Assembly: GCA_963730185.1 (NCBI GenBank) | Contig: CAVSQW010000006.1 | Span: 352,001 to 416,000, forward strand | Length of the DNA stretch: 64,000 nt | Source: an uncultured Gemmatimonadales bacterium | GTDB taxonomy: Bacteria; Gemmatimonadota; Gemmatimonadetes; Gemmatimonadales; GWC2-71-9 | Reading direction: 5' to 3' | Shown: one piece after another, positions 32,247 to 44,938 of the stretch | Position numbering within the stretch: position 1 is the stretch's first letter | How the letters are laid out: each line of letters opens with the position of its first letter | Program-made: the position numbers and the translations under genes | The notes under the pieces: generated by a model | Databases searched by the model: none | What the model saw: only the letters and a program-made list of their open reading frames with translations | Told to the model about the DNA's origin: nothing

Positions 32247-33503
32247 ATGACAACGATGACCCATCGGATCCGATGGTTCGCCGCCGGCCTGCTCACCGCT
32301 CTTGGCGGAGTCCCCTCCGGGTGGGCCCAGGCGCCGGCCAAGATCGACATCGCCAAGATGCGCCCCGCCGGGCTCCTGGTGGATTCGTACAGCTACATGT
32401 CGCCGCCCTACAACGCCTACTACTTCCACCACATCGACGAGCTGGGCTTTCGGCTCGACTGGGTCAAGCGGTCCGGTCCGATCACCCCGCTGGTGACGGC
32501 CCAGGGCAGGGCCCTGCCGACGACGCTCTCCGGCGCCCACGGTGAGATCGACCTGGAGCGGTACTTCGTCCACAACCAGGTCACCGGCTTCCTGGTACTC
32601 CACCGCGACACCGTGCTCCTGGAGCGGTACTTCCACGGCGCGGACCGCCGATCGCGGTTCGTCTCGCAGTCCGTCGGCAAGTCGGTTCTCTCGATCCTGG
32701 TCGGCGTGGCGGTCGACGAGGGCAAGATCCAGAGCGTCGACGACCCGATCGTGAAGTACCTGCCGGAGCTCGAGTCGAGCGGCTACCGCGACGCGACCAT
32801 CAAGAACGTGCTCCAGATGGCGACCGGGGTGGACTACAGCGAGGACTACACCGACCCGACCTCCGGTGCCGCGATGATCGGTTCGGCCCTGGTGTCCGGC
32901 AAGCCCTCGTTCTCCGCGTTCGTCAAGTCGATGAAGCCGACCTCGGTCCGCCCCGGGACCACGTTCCAGTACCAGAGCGTCAACAGCCAGGCGCTCGGGC
33001 TTCTGGTCGCGCGGGTTACCGGCATGCCGCTCAACCGGTGGGCCGAGCACGCGCTCTGGAGCAAAGTCGGGGCGGAGTCGGACGCGTTCTTCTACCAGGC
33101 CAAGTCGCAGCCGGAGACCTGCACCTTCGCCTGCTACAATGCCACGCTCCGGGACTACGCCAGGATCGGGCTCATGATGCTCAACGGCGGAGAGAGCGAC
33201 GGACGGCGGGTGGTGTCGGCGTCGTGGGTGCGCCAGTCGGTCACGCCGGACGCCGACTACCTTCGGCCAGCCCCCGCCACCGCGTCGACGCCGCCCAAGT
33301 TCGGGTACGGCTACCAGTGGTGGGTCCCGCCCGGCCCAGACGGCGCCTTCATGGCGATCGGAATCTACGGTCAGGCCATCTACGTGAACCCGGCCCGGCA
33401 GATGGTGATCGTCCAGACCTCCGCCTGGCCGGCGCCGATCGGGAGCCAGGGCCTCAACGCGGAGCGGTTCGAGACCTTCGAGGCAATCGCGGCCGCGAGG
33501 TAA
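32247..33503 (+). CDS. exported serine hydrolase (NylB/class C beta-lactamase-like)
   Basis: SQSVGKS, LQMATG, FQYQS, YGYQWW, GIYGQ. Confidence 0.9.
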   Translation: MTTMTHRIRWFAAGLLTALGGVPSGWAQAPAKIDIAKMRPAGLLVDSYSYMSPPYNAYYFHHIDELGFRLDWVKRSGPITPLVTAQGRALPTTLSGAHGEIDLERYFVHNQVTGFLVLHRDTVLLERYFHGADRRSRFVSQSVGKSVLSILVGVAVDEGKIQSVDDPIVKYLPELESSGYRDATIKNVLQMATGVDYSEDYTDPTSGAAMIGSALVSGKPSFSAFVKSMKPTSVRPGTTFQYQSVNSQALGLLVARVTGMPLNRWAEHALWSKVGAESDAFFYQAKSQPETCTFACYNATLRDYARIGLMMLNGGESDGRRVVSASWVRQSVTPDADYLRPAPATASTPPKFGYGYQWWVPPGPDGAFMAIGIYGQAIYVNPARQMVIVQTSAWPAPIGSQGLNAERFETFEAIAAAR

Positions 33504-33519
33504 CCGCCCGCAATGCCGG

Positions 33520-34038
33520 TTACCCGGCTCGAGCCGCGCCGCTCAGATAGGGCGCGGTATAGCACCGGCCGGCCTCGCCCATCAACCGACTCCCCTGCTC
33601 CATGGCCGCCGTCGCGCCGTCGAACGCCTTCATCGCGGCGCTGCTCCGATGGTAGGCGGCGCTGATCGTGGCCCAGTGGGCCGCGTCCGGGAGCCACTTG
33701 AGGATCGTCTGGAGATACACCTTGATGGTTCCGGCCTGCGCATACGTCGGCGGGCTGGACGACCGCGATGGCAGGAAGTTCACCATGGCGGTGGCCCGGT
33801 CGTACGATCGCTGGAGCAGATCGCGGGCGTTGGTCGCGGCCACGGCGTAGGCGCCGGTCGTACCGTTGGCTTGGGCGTCGGCGCGAGCGGCCGTCAGCGC
33901 GGTGGCGATCATCGTCCGATACGCGCTGAGCGCCGGCCAGGCGACCGACGTGCAGGCGTCGGCCGTGGGCCTCGGGATCGGACCGGCGCTCGCGAGGAGC
34001 ATTAGCGGCAGGATGGTGGAAGCCCGGGTCAGGTGCAT
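33520..34038 (-). CDS. secreted alpha-helical hypothetical protein
   Basis: AGGAG RBS, signal-like N-terminus, two Cys near the termini. Confidence 0.6.
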   Translation of the reverse strand: MHLTRASTILPLMLLASAGPIPRPTADACTSVAWPALSAYRTMIATALTAARADAQANGTTGAYAVAATNARDLLQRSYDRATAMVNFLPSRSSSPPTYAQAGTIKVYLQTILKWLPDAAHWATISAAYHRSSAAMKAFDGATAAMEQGSRLMGEAGRCYTAPYLSGAARAG

Positions 34039-34118
34039 GGCGGTCTCCTGGTGCAAGAGGCTTTGGGAAGCGGGTTCAGCCGAGCGGGGCGATGGGCCGG
34101 CTCCAGGCCGGGGCCGGC

Positions 34119-35431
34119 TCAGGGCTCGAGCCGGACCAGCTCTACCCGGCGGTTCTGCTGCTTGCCTTCCGCGGTCGCGTTGTCGCCCACCGGCTGCGTC
34201 TCTCCAAAGCCCGACGCCTCGAGCCGGGCCCCCTCGACCGCGAACCGCTCGACCAGATACGCCTTCACCGCGGCGGCGCGTCGCTCCGAGAGGTCCTGGT
34301 TGAAGGCGTCGTCTCCGTCGCTGTCGGTGTGGCCCTCGATCGCGATTCGGAGGTCCGGATGGTCGGCCAGCATCCGGCCGATCTCCTCCAAGGTGGGCGT
34401 CGACTCCGGGCGGATCCGGGCGCTCGCCGTCGCGAACAAGATGCCCTGCGTCGCCACCCGGCCGTCGCGGGCCAGCCGGTCGTACAGATCCTTTCCGCCG
34501 GCCGCGATCCGGATCGGGCCGACCAGGATCGGGTGGCTCTCCGCCGCCGAGCCGACGGCGAGGAAGAGGGTATCGGTACGGGGAAAGACGGCGTTCGGCA
34601 CGTTGGCCACCCGGCGGTCGCCGAGATACATCTTGAGATGCTCGCCATCGGCCATCAGCCGGACGGCGACGATCGCGTCGCGGGCCGTCTTGGAGTCCAT
34701 GTTGACCATGACCGTCGGCCCCTGGCCGCCGAGCGCCCGGACGCCGGCCCGGGCCATCTCCACCGAGGCCACGGACCCCCGGTAGTCGCGCCGCGGGCCG
34801 AAGTAGGCCCGGTCCGGCATCAGGCGGATGTAGGCGTTGCCGTGCTTGAGGTTGACGCTGTACTCGACGGTGAACTTCTCCGGCAGCGTGCGGGGCAGCG
34901 GAATGGCGATCAGACCGCCGGAGGTCGCCCGGAGATATCGCTCGCCCTCCCAGTCGACCAGCTCGAAGCTGCCTTCCACCAGCTCGAACCGGCGGGGGAA
35001 GTCGCCCACCTCGTCGTGGCGGAAGTCGTCGGCGAAGAGGATCTCGTCTCCGGGCTGGAAGTCGTAGTTGGCCCAGGCGCCTTCGCCCGGCCGCGCCACG
35101 GCTCCCCCTTCCCGGCGATGGCGGCACCGGCCTCCGGATCGGAGACCGGCATCCCCTGGTCGTCAAGCAGGAGCTCCCCATCGTCGTCGGTCAGCACGGC
35201 GCCCTTGCCGGAAGCGTCGGCCCGCTCGATGCAGCCAGCGTCGTCGAAGACGCACCGCACCTTGCCCCGCACCAGCCGGTCGACCTGGCTCAGCGTCTCC
35301 GATTCCGCCGCGTCCTTGATGGTGTTCTTCAGTTTCTTGAGAACCTGGCCGTCGAGCGTCGCCGGGGCGGCCGTCAGGGCCGCCACCGCCACCGCGAGGC
35401 CACCGGCAAGCCGCCACCGGATCGCAATCAT
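34119..35431 (-). CDS. OmpA-family protein; frameshift in the G-run at 35104-35108
   Basis: signal peptide; YDFQPG..F.DDF..D.VGDFP domain; IEGHTD..N..LSERRA..NRRVE. Confidence 0.88.
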
Positions 35432-35666
35432 GCCCCACCTCCCAGATGAGTGGGCCGGCCCTCGGCCGGCCAATCCACTCACCTGAACGCGGTCGGGCCC
35501 GGATTCCCGCCACCCACGCTCGCGCCTGGCCCTCTGGCGGGTTCTGGACCACTCGCCCGTTTGAGCAGACAGGCCGTGCCAGGGCAGTTCATTTGCCAGC
35601 GGCCCGATCGACGCGATACAATCGCCTGTTGGGGAGAAGGGCATGGAACCCGGGCCAGGGAGGCGC

Positions 35667-38227
35667 ATGACCGACAGGGACGACCTGCTCTGGCAGCGAT
35701 GGGACGAGGTCGATACGCTCCTCGACGAGCTGCTCGACCTCCCAGAGTCCGACCGGCAGTTGGAGCTCGACCGGCGGGCTCGGACCGACCCCGCCTTGCA
35801 CGACCTGGTGCGGCGTCTCCTCGGCCGCCTCGGCGATCAGGCCGACCGGGTGTCCGGGCCGTCCGACGCGATGCTTCGGGCGGCGTTCCCCACGCCCGAG
35901 CCGGCGGAGGAAGACCTTCCGTCAGGGATGGAGGTCGGGCGCTACGTGATCAGCGGCCGCCGCGGCCGGGGCGGCATGGCCACGGTCTACGAGGCCGAGC
36001 GGTCGGACGGGGCGTATCGGCAGCGCGTCGCGGTCAAGGTGCTGCGGCGGGGGCTCGACACCGAGGACCTGGTCCGGCGGTTTCTGACCGAGCGCCAGAT
36101 CCTCTCCTCGCTGGCCCATCCCAACATCGCGAGGCTGCTGGACGGCGGCTCACTCCCGGACGGCCGACCGTATCTGGTGATGGAGCTGGTGGAGGGCCAG
36201 CCGATCACCCGGTTCGCCGACGCCCGCCGGCTCGACGTCACCGCCCGGCTCGATCTGTTCCTGGCAGTGGCCGGAGCGGTGCAAGCCGCTCATCGGCAGC
36301 TGGTCGTTCACCGTGACATCAAGCCGTCGAACATCCTGGTGAACGAATCCGGCGCGGTGAAGCTGCTGGACTTCGGCATCGCCAAGCTGCTCGAGGGCGA
36401 CCCCGGCAGCACCAGCACCGGCGTCGCGATGCTGACGCCGGACTACGCCAGCCCGGAGCAGATCGGCGGCGGACCGATTACCACCGGCACCGACGTCTAC
36501 CAGCTCGGGCTCCTGCTCCGGGAGCTCCTCACCGGGCTGGCGCCCGCTGGCGGGCGACACCCGGCGGGGCGAGCCGCCGGTCCATCCGAGCCGGGCGGCC
36601 CGGATGGCGCTCCCCGATCTTCCCGGTCCGGAGGTCCGGGCTCAGGCCCGCGGCACGACCGCGGCGGGGTTGGTCCGGCGTCTCGCCGGCGACCTCGACA
36701 TCATCGTGGGCAAGGCCATCCGTCCCGCCCCGGAGGAGCGGTACGCATCGGTCGAGGAGATGGCCGCGGACGTTCGGCGGCACCTCAGAGGCCTCCCGAT
36801 CGTCGCCCATCCCGAGTCGGTGGCCTATCGGGTGCGAAAGTTCTCGGGACGCCACCCGCTCGCCATTCCAACGGTGGTCACTGCGGCGGTCGCCCTGGTG
36901 GGCTTCGTGACCGCCCTGGCGGTTCAGAACCGGCGGATCGCCCGGGAGCGGGACGCCGCCGAGATCGCCTCCCGGCGGGCCCAGGCTACCCAGTCTTTCC
37001 TGGTCGACCTGCTCCGGAGCCCGGATCCGACCGGCGAGTCGGGGACCCGCGACCTGACGGTCGTCGAGGCGCTGCAGCGGGGACGGGCTCGGGTCGACAC
37101 CGAGCTCGGCGGAGCAGCCCGAGGTCCGGGCCGCGCTGCTCATCGCCATGGGAAAGACCTTTGCGGGTCTGGGCCGTCACGAGGTGGCCGACACGCTCCT
37201 CCACCAGGCGCTGGCGGAATACACCCGGCTCTACGGCAGCGGCGACGTTCGGACGGCAGCCGTGCTGGGCGACATCGGGAACAACTTCCGACAGGATCGA
37301 GCCTACCGCGATGCCGACTCACTCCTCCATCAGGAGTGGCGGGTCCGGGCGGCGGCGGGGCCGATTCCGGATTCCGTGCTGGCCGACATGATGGCGGCAC
37401 TGAGCGCGACCCGGCGCGAGGCGGGAGACATCGATTCCTCGTTGGCGTTGGCCGAGCGGGCGGTCGCCATCCGCCGACAGGGAGGCGATACCGGTGCGGC
37501 CTTGACCGGCGCGCTGGGCGCGCTGGCCTTCGCGCTCCGGGGCGCCAACCGACTCGATTCGGCGGAGGTGGTCTATCGCCTGGTGCTCGAGCGGCAGCAG
37601 CGGGTCCCCAATCCGAATGCCGTCAAGCTCGCGACGACCCACAACAACCTGGGTTACCTGTACCGGGTTCGGAACGATTTGCCGGCGGCCGAGCAGTCGT
37701 ACCGGGAGGCGCTCCGGCTGGCGAACGCCGCGCTGGGAGAAGGTCACAACCTGACCCAGACCGTCATGACCAATTTGCTCGCCGCACTCGCGGCCGAGGG
37801 CAAGGACGACGACGTCGAGCGTCTCAGCCGCCAGCGAATCGCGGCCGCTGAGCGGCAATGGCCGGACGGCAGCTGGCGGGTCGGGCAGCTCCACCTGGCT
37901 CTGGGTCGGTTCTTCCTGACCCGCGCCCGCCCCGCCGACGCGGTGGCCCCCCTCCGAGCCGGCCTCGCGAGCTATCGGTCGTTCCTGGGACCCACCCACG
38001 CCTGGACCGCCGTGGCCCAGGCCGACCTCGGGCTGGCGCTGTCGCAAGCCGGTCGGAAAGGCGAGTCCGGCCGACTGCTCGATCAGGCCTACCGGATCAT
38101 CGACGATCTCCCGGGCGACCCCAATCCTGAGATGCAGGGTATCCTCCGCCGGCTGATCACCGCCCTCGAGCGCGGCGGCGACACCTCGCAGGCCGAGCAC
38201 TTCCGCCGGCTCCTCCCGGCGTCCTGA
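35667..38227 (+). CDS. Ser/Thr protein kinase with TM and TPR repeats; frameshifts near 36544 and 37108
   Basis: GRGGMATVY, VAVK, HRDIKPSN, DFGIAK, TPDYASPEQ; GDLDIIV.KA; TPR (THNNLG). Confidence 0.9.
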
Positions 38228-38250
38228 CCGAAAAGGCACCCCGCTCGCGC

Positions 38251-38826
38251 TCAGGGGTCGCGAGGCTGCTCTCCAAGCATCTCCAGCAGATAGACCCGGG
38301 CCCGGGTCCATTCCCGCTCGACCGTCCGCACCGACGCATCGAGCACCTCGGCCACTTCGGGCACGCTCAGCCCGCCGAAGAAGCGAAGCTCGACCACCTG
38401 GGCCATCCGGGGGTGCCGGGTCGCGAGCTGCTCGACCGCCTCGTCCACCCCGAGGACGTCGGCCATCCCGCCGTCGGCCGCGACCTCGGCTTCGTCGAGG
38501 GGGATCAGCACCGCCCCACCCCCCCGCCGCTCCGCCTGCCGGCGCCGGGCGTGGTCCACCAGGATGTGCCGCATCGCCCGGGAGGCGAAGGCGAAGAAGT
38601 GCGCCCGGCTCTCCCAGGTGCCGCCGGTCCGGTCGACCAGCTTGAGGTAGGCCTCGTGCACCAGGGCCGTCGTGGCGATGTCGCCGCCACCCCCCGCCCG
38701 GAGACGCCGGTGGGCAATGGCCCGGAGGTCGTCGTAGGCGACGGTCACCAGCTTGGGGAAGGCTTCGGTATCGCCCTCGCTCCAGCGGGACAGGAGCAGG
38801 GTGATCGTGCCGGGGTCGGCGGACAT
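38251..38826 (-). CDS. ECF-type sigma factor (kinase-associated type)
   Basis: TTALVHEAYLKL, RAHFF, MRHILVDHAR, VELRFFGGL. Confidence 0.93.
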   Translation of the reverse strand: MSADPGTITLLLSRWSEGDTEAFPKLVTVAYDDLRAIAHRRLRAGGGGDIATTALVHEAYLKLVDRTGGTWESRAHFFAFASRAMRHILVDHARRRQAERRGGGAVLIPLDEAEVAADGGMADVLGVDEAVEQLATRHPRMAQVVELRFFGGLSVPEVAEVLDASVRTVEREWTRARVYLLEMLGEQPRDP

Positions 38827-39007
38827 GCGCGGGCCCGAGTTCGGGGAACGGAGGAACCACCTTCCGCGAAGCTACCGCGTTCCGAATGGCCCGCAACCAA
38901 CCCTCCGCTTGGCGGGCCGAACGCCGAGGAGCGGCTCGATCAGGTATCGCCCCAGAGCAGCATGAGGTCCACTTGGATTGATCAGCGTGGTGGCAGCAGA
39001 CTGTCCG

Positions 39008-41132
39008 CTACCGCCCTCCCCGAATTTTGCGGATGGCGGCCTCCGCGTTCCAGCGGACCCGCGGCGCCTTGGCCATCTCCACCAGGACCGGCAGCGCCTC
39101 GACGGCCGCCGGACCGATCGCGCCGATGGCGTCGGCCACGGCGCGCTCGACATGGGCGTTCTGCCCGGGGAGCTTCCCCACCCGGATCAGCGCCGGCAGC
39201 ACCCGGATCGCCCTCGGTCCCTGGGCGGCGATCGCCCAGCCGCTCATCATCCGGACGCCGTCGTCGGAGTCGTCGAGCCGGGCGGCGAGCGCGTCGATCG
39301 CCGCGTCCCGAACTCCACCGAGGTCCCGGAGCGCCAGGGCCGCGAGCCCCCGGACGACGTAGTCGCGGTCGCCTAACGCCGTGACCAGAGCGGCCTCCGC
39401 GGGCGCCGCCGCCCGCCGCATCTGCCCCAGCGTGTACGCCGCTGCCGCCCGCACCGCGCTATCGGCCGCGCCCAAAGCGGCGACCACTTCGGGAAGTCGG
39501 CTGGCACCGGCCGGACCAAGAGCGGCGATCCGGCGCAGTCGATCCGCCGGGTTCCGGGCGCTGGCGCTGTCGCTCGAGCCGGGGTGCTCGTTGGCCACCC
39601 GCGCCAGGACCAGCGCGTCGACGCCGAGGAAGTAGTTGGTCGACGCCGGGCTCTTGCCGGTGCAGACGAAGCTCACCGTGTGACGGCCCCGGGTGAGGCG
39701 CGGCCAGCCGATCACCCGGTCCTCGCCCACGTAGACCTCCGGGTAGTAGCCGTCGAACGACGGCCCCGTGCCGGTGTTGGCGCCGGGCTCGTGCTCGAGC
39801 TCGGTCGAGCTGCCGGGGACCTGGCCGTCGATCAGCATCGCGTAGACCCCGTAGTCCGGAGCGCCGGCGGTCTCGACCGACAGCTCGTAGCGGCCGTCCT
39901 CCGGCACGTCGAACGGGATCTCGACCTTGGCGCCGACACCCTGCGCCTCGAAGAAGAGGATGTCCTTGGACCAGAAGACCTCCTTCTGGACCGAGACCTT
40001 GCCGCCGGTGCCGACCGCCTCGTCGGCCCGCTGCTCCACCTCGATCTGGGTGGCATTGCCGTGGGGAAGACGGGCCGCCCCGTAGGGCGGCTCGGGCTGG
40101 TCGGCCGCGATGCCCACTTGGTACCAGAACGCCACCGAGCTGAAGAGATCCTCCCGCTCCTCCGACGCGCTCCGCACCGTCCCGTCCGGGTTGTAGGTCC
40201 AGCCGTTGTGCTCCATCTCGAACCGGATCTCGCGCCGGAACGGAATCGGGTCGGTCACGTGCCATCGATAGGCCGTCATCCGGGACCCGAGGTCGGTGCC
40301 GTCGGCGACGGTCACTCCATAGTACGGGCCGTCGCCGATCCGGAACGACCAGGCGTCGTTGAAATAGTCCTCGGTGCCGGTGCCCTCCAGGTTAGGATGA
40401 GCCTTGCCGTCGACGTAGATGTGGTCGTCGCCCTCGCCGAACCAGCCGGGCTGGTTCTGGATCACGCTCAGCACGGTGCCGACGTAGTGCCCCCGCCCCC
40501 TGGTGCGGAGCACCTCATAGGGCGCGCCGAGCCGGGTGGGCAGGGCCTGGCGGTAGCGGGCGTGGAAGTACGGCGTGTTGAGCGGGAGGCTCGGGTACTT
40601 GGCCCAGTCGACATGGTAGTAGAGGTTGGCGACCCGGCGGCGCCCCTCGTTGGTGATCGTCACCTTGGCCGACTTCCGGAACGGCATCGGCCAGTAGGCG
40701 TTCCGGGACCGTCCCGCCGAGCTGCTCCGCTCGACCGCCGAGTTGATCGGCCGCTCCAGTCCGTGGCCGACGGCGAAGAAGTCGCCGAGCGGGGCATCCA
40801 CGCTCGGAATCGGGCTCCCGTCGTAGTACACGCGGAGCCGGAGCAACCGGGGCCAGCCGTACTCGTTGGCGGCGACGGTCACCCAGAGGTGGGTGATGAC
40901 ACCGGGTCCCTTCGAGGTCGGCGAGCACGATGGTCTCACCGGGGATCGGGCGCTTGCTGTCGTCGTTGCTGGCCCAATCGGGGTTGTTGCTCGACGACCG
41001 GAAGGCCTCGAAGTCGCGGAGCTGGGTGAGGCGAAGGGGGTCGAGCGTCTCTCGGACCTGGGCTCCGACCGGCGGCGACCCAATCAGGAACAGCAACGTG
41101 GCGACGGTGGCGAGCCGGAGCGAGCCGGTCAT
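39008..41132 (-). CDS. exported DUF2961 (GH172-like) protein with C-terminal HEAT repeats; frameshift near 40909
   Basis: GPGVITHLW, APLGDFF, YWPMPF, WFGEGD, GTGTEDYF, YRWH; VRAAAAYTLG-type repeats. Confidence 0.85.
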
Positions 41133-41350
41133 GGGAGTGCCCTCGACAGGTGCGGGTGGCTGGCTGAGAGCCTACCGTCGCCAGGGGTCCGGCGCCAGGA
41201 GTCGAGGATCGGGTCATGACACGAAGCCCACTGTCACGATCGCCGTGAGGCCGCCACTCGACCCGGTTCTTGACCCGGCGTCGGACCGGCGGCATTCTTT
41301 GGGAGGGGGCGACCGATCAATCTGCCAGCCCCAAATAGAGGGGCCCGGCC

Positions 41351-44300
41351 ATGATCCCCTACGCGCTCATTGGCATCACCGTCGTGCTGGCCGTGGCGGT
41401 CATCGCGCTCGTCAACCGCCGGCTGCTCCGGAAATACCACCAGGAGGCGCACGATGCGGTGGTCGAGCTTCGCGCCAGCGAAGCCCGGCTCCGCACCATC
41501 GGCGACAACCTGCCCGGCGCGCTCGTGTACCGGCTGGAGCGCGACCGCCACGGCACCCCGCGGTTCCACTACCTGAGCGCGGGAATCACCCGCCTCACCG
41601 GCCATACGGCGGCGGAGGTCCTGGCCGACCCGAGCCTCTTCTTCGACCGGGCGGTGCCGGAGGACCGTCCCGCCGCGGAAGCCGCCCGGATCGAGGCGGC
41701 GGCGACCGTGTCGCCACTCACGATCCACTTCCGCCTCCGCGACGCCGCCGGGCGGATCCGGTGGATCGAGTCCTCCTCTTCGGCGCCGCGCCCACTGCCC
41801 GACGGCGCGACCCTCTGGGACGGCATCGCGATCGACGTCACCGAGCGGCAGGAACAGGAGGCCTCCCGTCGAGAACAGGAAGCCCTCTTTCGCGCGGCCT
41901 TCGAGAACGCCACCGCGGGGATCGCGCTGGTGGGTACCGACGGCCGGTTCCTCCGGGTCAACGCGGCGCTCTCCGACCTGCTCCAGTACACCGCCAAGGA
42001 GCTTGCGGGCCTCCGCTTTCAGGACGTCACCCATCCCGATGACGTCGCGAGCGGGAACGAGTTCATCGCCCACGCGCTCGCGGGCGGTCCACCGACCGGT
42101 CGATTCGACAAGCGGTATCTCCGGCATGACGGACAGGTCGTCGTCGCCCACGTGTCAACCACCCTGATCGACCTGCCCGGCAACGGCCGCTACTTCCTTA
42201 CCCACATCCAGGACATCACCGAGCGCCAGCGGGCACTCCGGTCGCTCGCGGCGAACGAGGCCCTGCTCCGTCAGTTCGTGCGCCACACACCCGCGGCCGT
42301 CGCCATGTTCGACCGCGAGATGCGCTACATGGAGGTGAGCGACCGGTGGCTGAGCGACTATTCCCTGGGCGACCAGGAGGTGGTCGGTCGCTCGCACTAC
42401 GAGGTGTTCCCCGACATCCCGGAGCGCTGGAAGGCGGTGCATCAGCGGGCCCTGGCCGGCGCGGTCGAGCGGTGCGACGACGATCCCTTCCCTCGCGCGG
42501 ACGGCCGGGTCGACTGGCTCCAGTGGGAGGTCCGGCCCTGGCTCGACACCGACGGGGTCATCGGCGGGGTGATCATGTTCACCCAGGTGATGACCGAGCG
42601 GAAGCGCACCGAGCTCCGGGTTCATCACCTGAACCGGGTCTACGCGGTCCTGAGCAGCATCAACGAGATGATCGTCCGCGAGAAGGACCCGGGCCGGGTT
42701 CTGGACGCCGCGTGTCGGATCGCCGTGGAGAAGGGTCGATTCGAGATGGCGTGGGTCGGGAGGCCCAACGCCGCCGGCTCCAGGCTGGAGCCAGTCGCCT
42801 CGGCCGGCGCGACCGAGGGATACCTGGACGACGTCGACATCGACCTGACCAGTCCGGAGCGGTCGAACGGCCCGAGCGGCCGGTGCTTCCGCGAGGGGGT
42901 GCCGGTGATCTGCAACGACCTCGAGACGCGACCCCCAATTCGCCCCGTGGCGAGACGCGGCGACCCGGGCCGGGTTTCGCTCCTCCGGTGCGTTCCCACT
43001 CCGGAACCAGTACGGGATCGAGGGCATGATCGCCTTCTACTCGGCCGAGCCTGACTTCTTCGACGATGAGGAGCAGGCGGTGCTCGGCGAGCTCGCGGCC
43101 GACATCGGCTTCTCCCTCGAGGTGCACCGGCGGGAGGCCGAGCGGGCCACGGCCGAGGCCAGCCTCCACGAAAGCGAGGCGCGGTTCCGGCAGGTGGCCG
43201 ACAATATCCAGGAAGTGTTCTGGATGACCGACGTGACTGACGGCCGGGCGCTGTACGTGAGCCCAGCCTACGAGCGGATCTGGGGACGAAGCCCGGAGAG
43301 TCTCTACCGGTCCTCCACCAGCTGGGTCGACACCATCCACCTCGAGGACCGGGCTCGGGTGGCGGAGGCGGCCGCGACCCAGCAGGCACTCGGCACCTAC
43401 GACGAGGTCTACCGGATCGTCCGCCCGGACGGCCGGATACGCTGGATTCACGACCGGGCCCTGCCGATCCGGGATCCGGCCGGCGGCGCAGTGGTCCGGG
43501 TGGTCGGCACGGCCGAGGACATCACCACTCGCCGGGAGCTGGAGGAGCAGCTCCGCCAGGCCCAGAAGATGGAAGCGATCGGCCAGCTGGCGGGCGGTGT
43601 GGCCCACGACTTCAACAACATCCTGATGGCGATGATGGGCGAGGCCGAGATGGCCGGGTCCAACCCCGAGGCGGCGCCGGAGCTCAAGGCCCATGCGGCC
43701 GCCATCACCGCCCTGGCCGAGCGGGCGGCCGCCCTGACCCGGCAGCTCCTGCTCTTCAGCCGCCGGCAGGTGATGCGGCAGCACGATCTCGACCTGAACG
43801 ACGTCGTCGCCAACCTCTCGAAGATGCTGCAGCGCATCATCGGCGAGGATGTGATCCTCGACCTGGCGCTCCACCCGGCGCCCCTGGTCGTTCACGCCGA
43901 TGCCGGGATGCTCGACCAGGTCCTGATGAACCTGGCAGTGAATGCCCGAGACGCCATGCCGGGAGGCGGCCGGTTGCGGATCGAGACCGGCCTCACCCAG
44001 GTGGACGGCGAAGAGGCCCGCCGCCATCCTGACGTCCGACCCGGACCCCACGTCCGGCTCCGCGTCCGGGACACCGGGACCGGCATCCCCGCCAACGCGC
44101 TGCCGAGAATCTTCGAGCCGTTCTTCACGACCAAGGACGTCGACAAGGGGACCGGGTTGGGCTTGGCGACCGTCTTTGGCATCGTCCGCCAGCACGCCGG
44201 GTGGATCGGGGTCGAGAGCGAGCTGGGTCAGGGTACGGTCTTCGAGATCTTCCTGCCGGCTCGGGACGAGCTGACCGGCACCCTCGCCGCCGAGCCCGTC

Positions 44301-44690
44301 GCGGCCGGCGACCGGCTGGGCGGTAGCGAATCGGTTCTCCTGGTCGAAGACGACCCCAGCGTCCGGGCCGTCACCCGGGCGATCCTCGAACGGGCGGGAT
44401 ACCAAGTCCTGGCCACGGCCACCGGGTCCGAGGCGATCGAGGTTTCGGACCGGGGCGACCCCATCGACCTGCTCCTGACCGACATGGTGCTCCCCGGCGG
44501 GATCAGTGGCAGCGAGCTGGCACGCCGACTCCGGCGCCAGCGGCCGGTGCTCCGGGTCCTGGTGTTCAGCGGCTATAGTGCCGAGATCGCCGGCCGCGAT
44601 CTCGGACTCGAAAGCGGATCGCACTTCCTCCAAAAACCCTGCACGGCGGTCGAGCTCCTGACCAAAGTCCGAGCCTGCCTCGACGAGTGA
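41351..44690 (+). CDS. hybrid sensor histidine kinase (TM, several PAS, GAF, HisKA, HATPase, REC); frameshift near 42926
   Basis: GGVAHDFNN, NLAVNARDAM, DTGTG, PFFTTK, GTGLGL; REC LLTDMVLP, LQKP. Confidence 0.92.
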
Positions 44691-44938
44691 CTCGGCGTCA
44701 AGCGGGCGTTCCGACGGAATCGCCGCACCGGCTTCGGGTTCGCACCCCTCGCGGGATGGGAAGGGATCATGGAAGGGTACCGGACCAATCCGCAGATCCG
44801 CGCCGCAGCTGGCACCTACGCGGACCTCTGGACAGTGAGCAAACGGGAGTTGTTCCTGATCGCGTAGCCCGCTCGGGCTGGTGAGCCTGGTCGGCGATCG
44901 GCGGACCGGGGAGTCGACCTGGACCAGTGGAGTCACGA

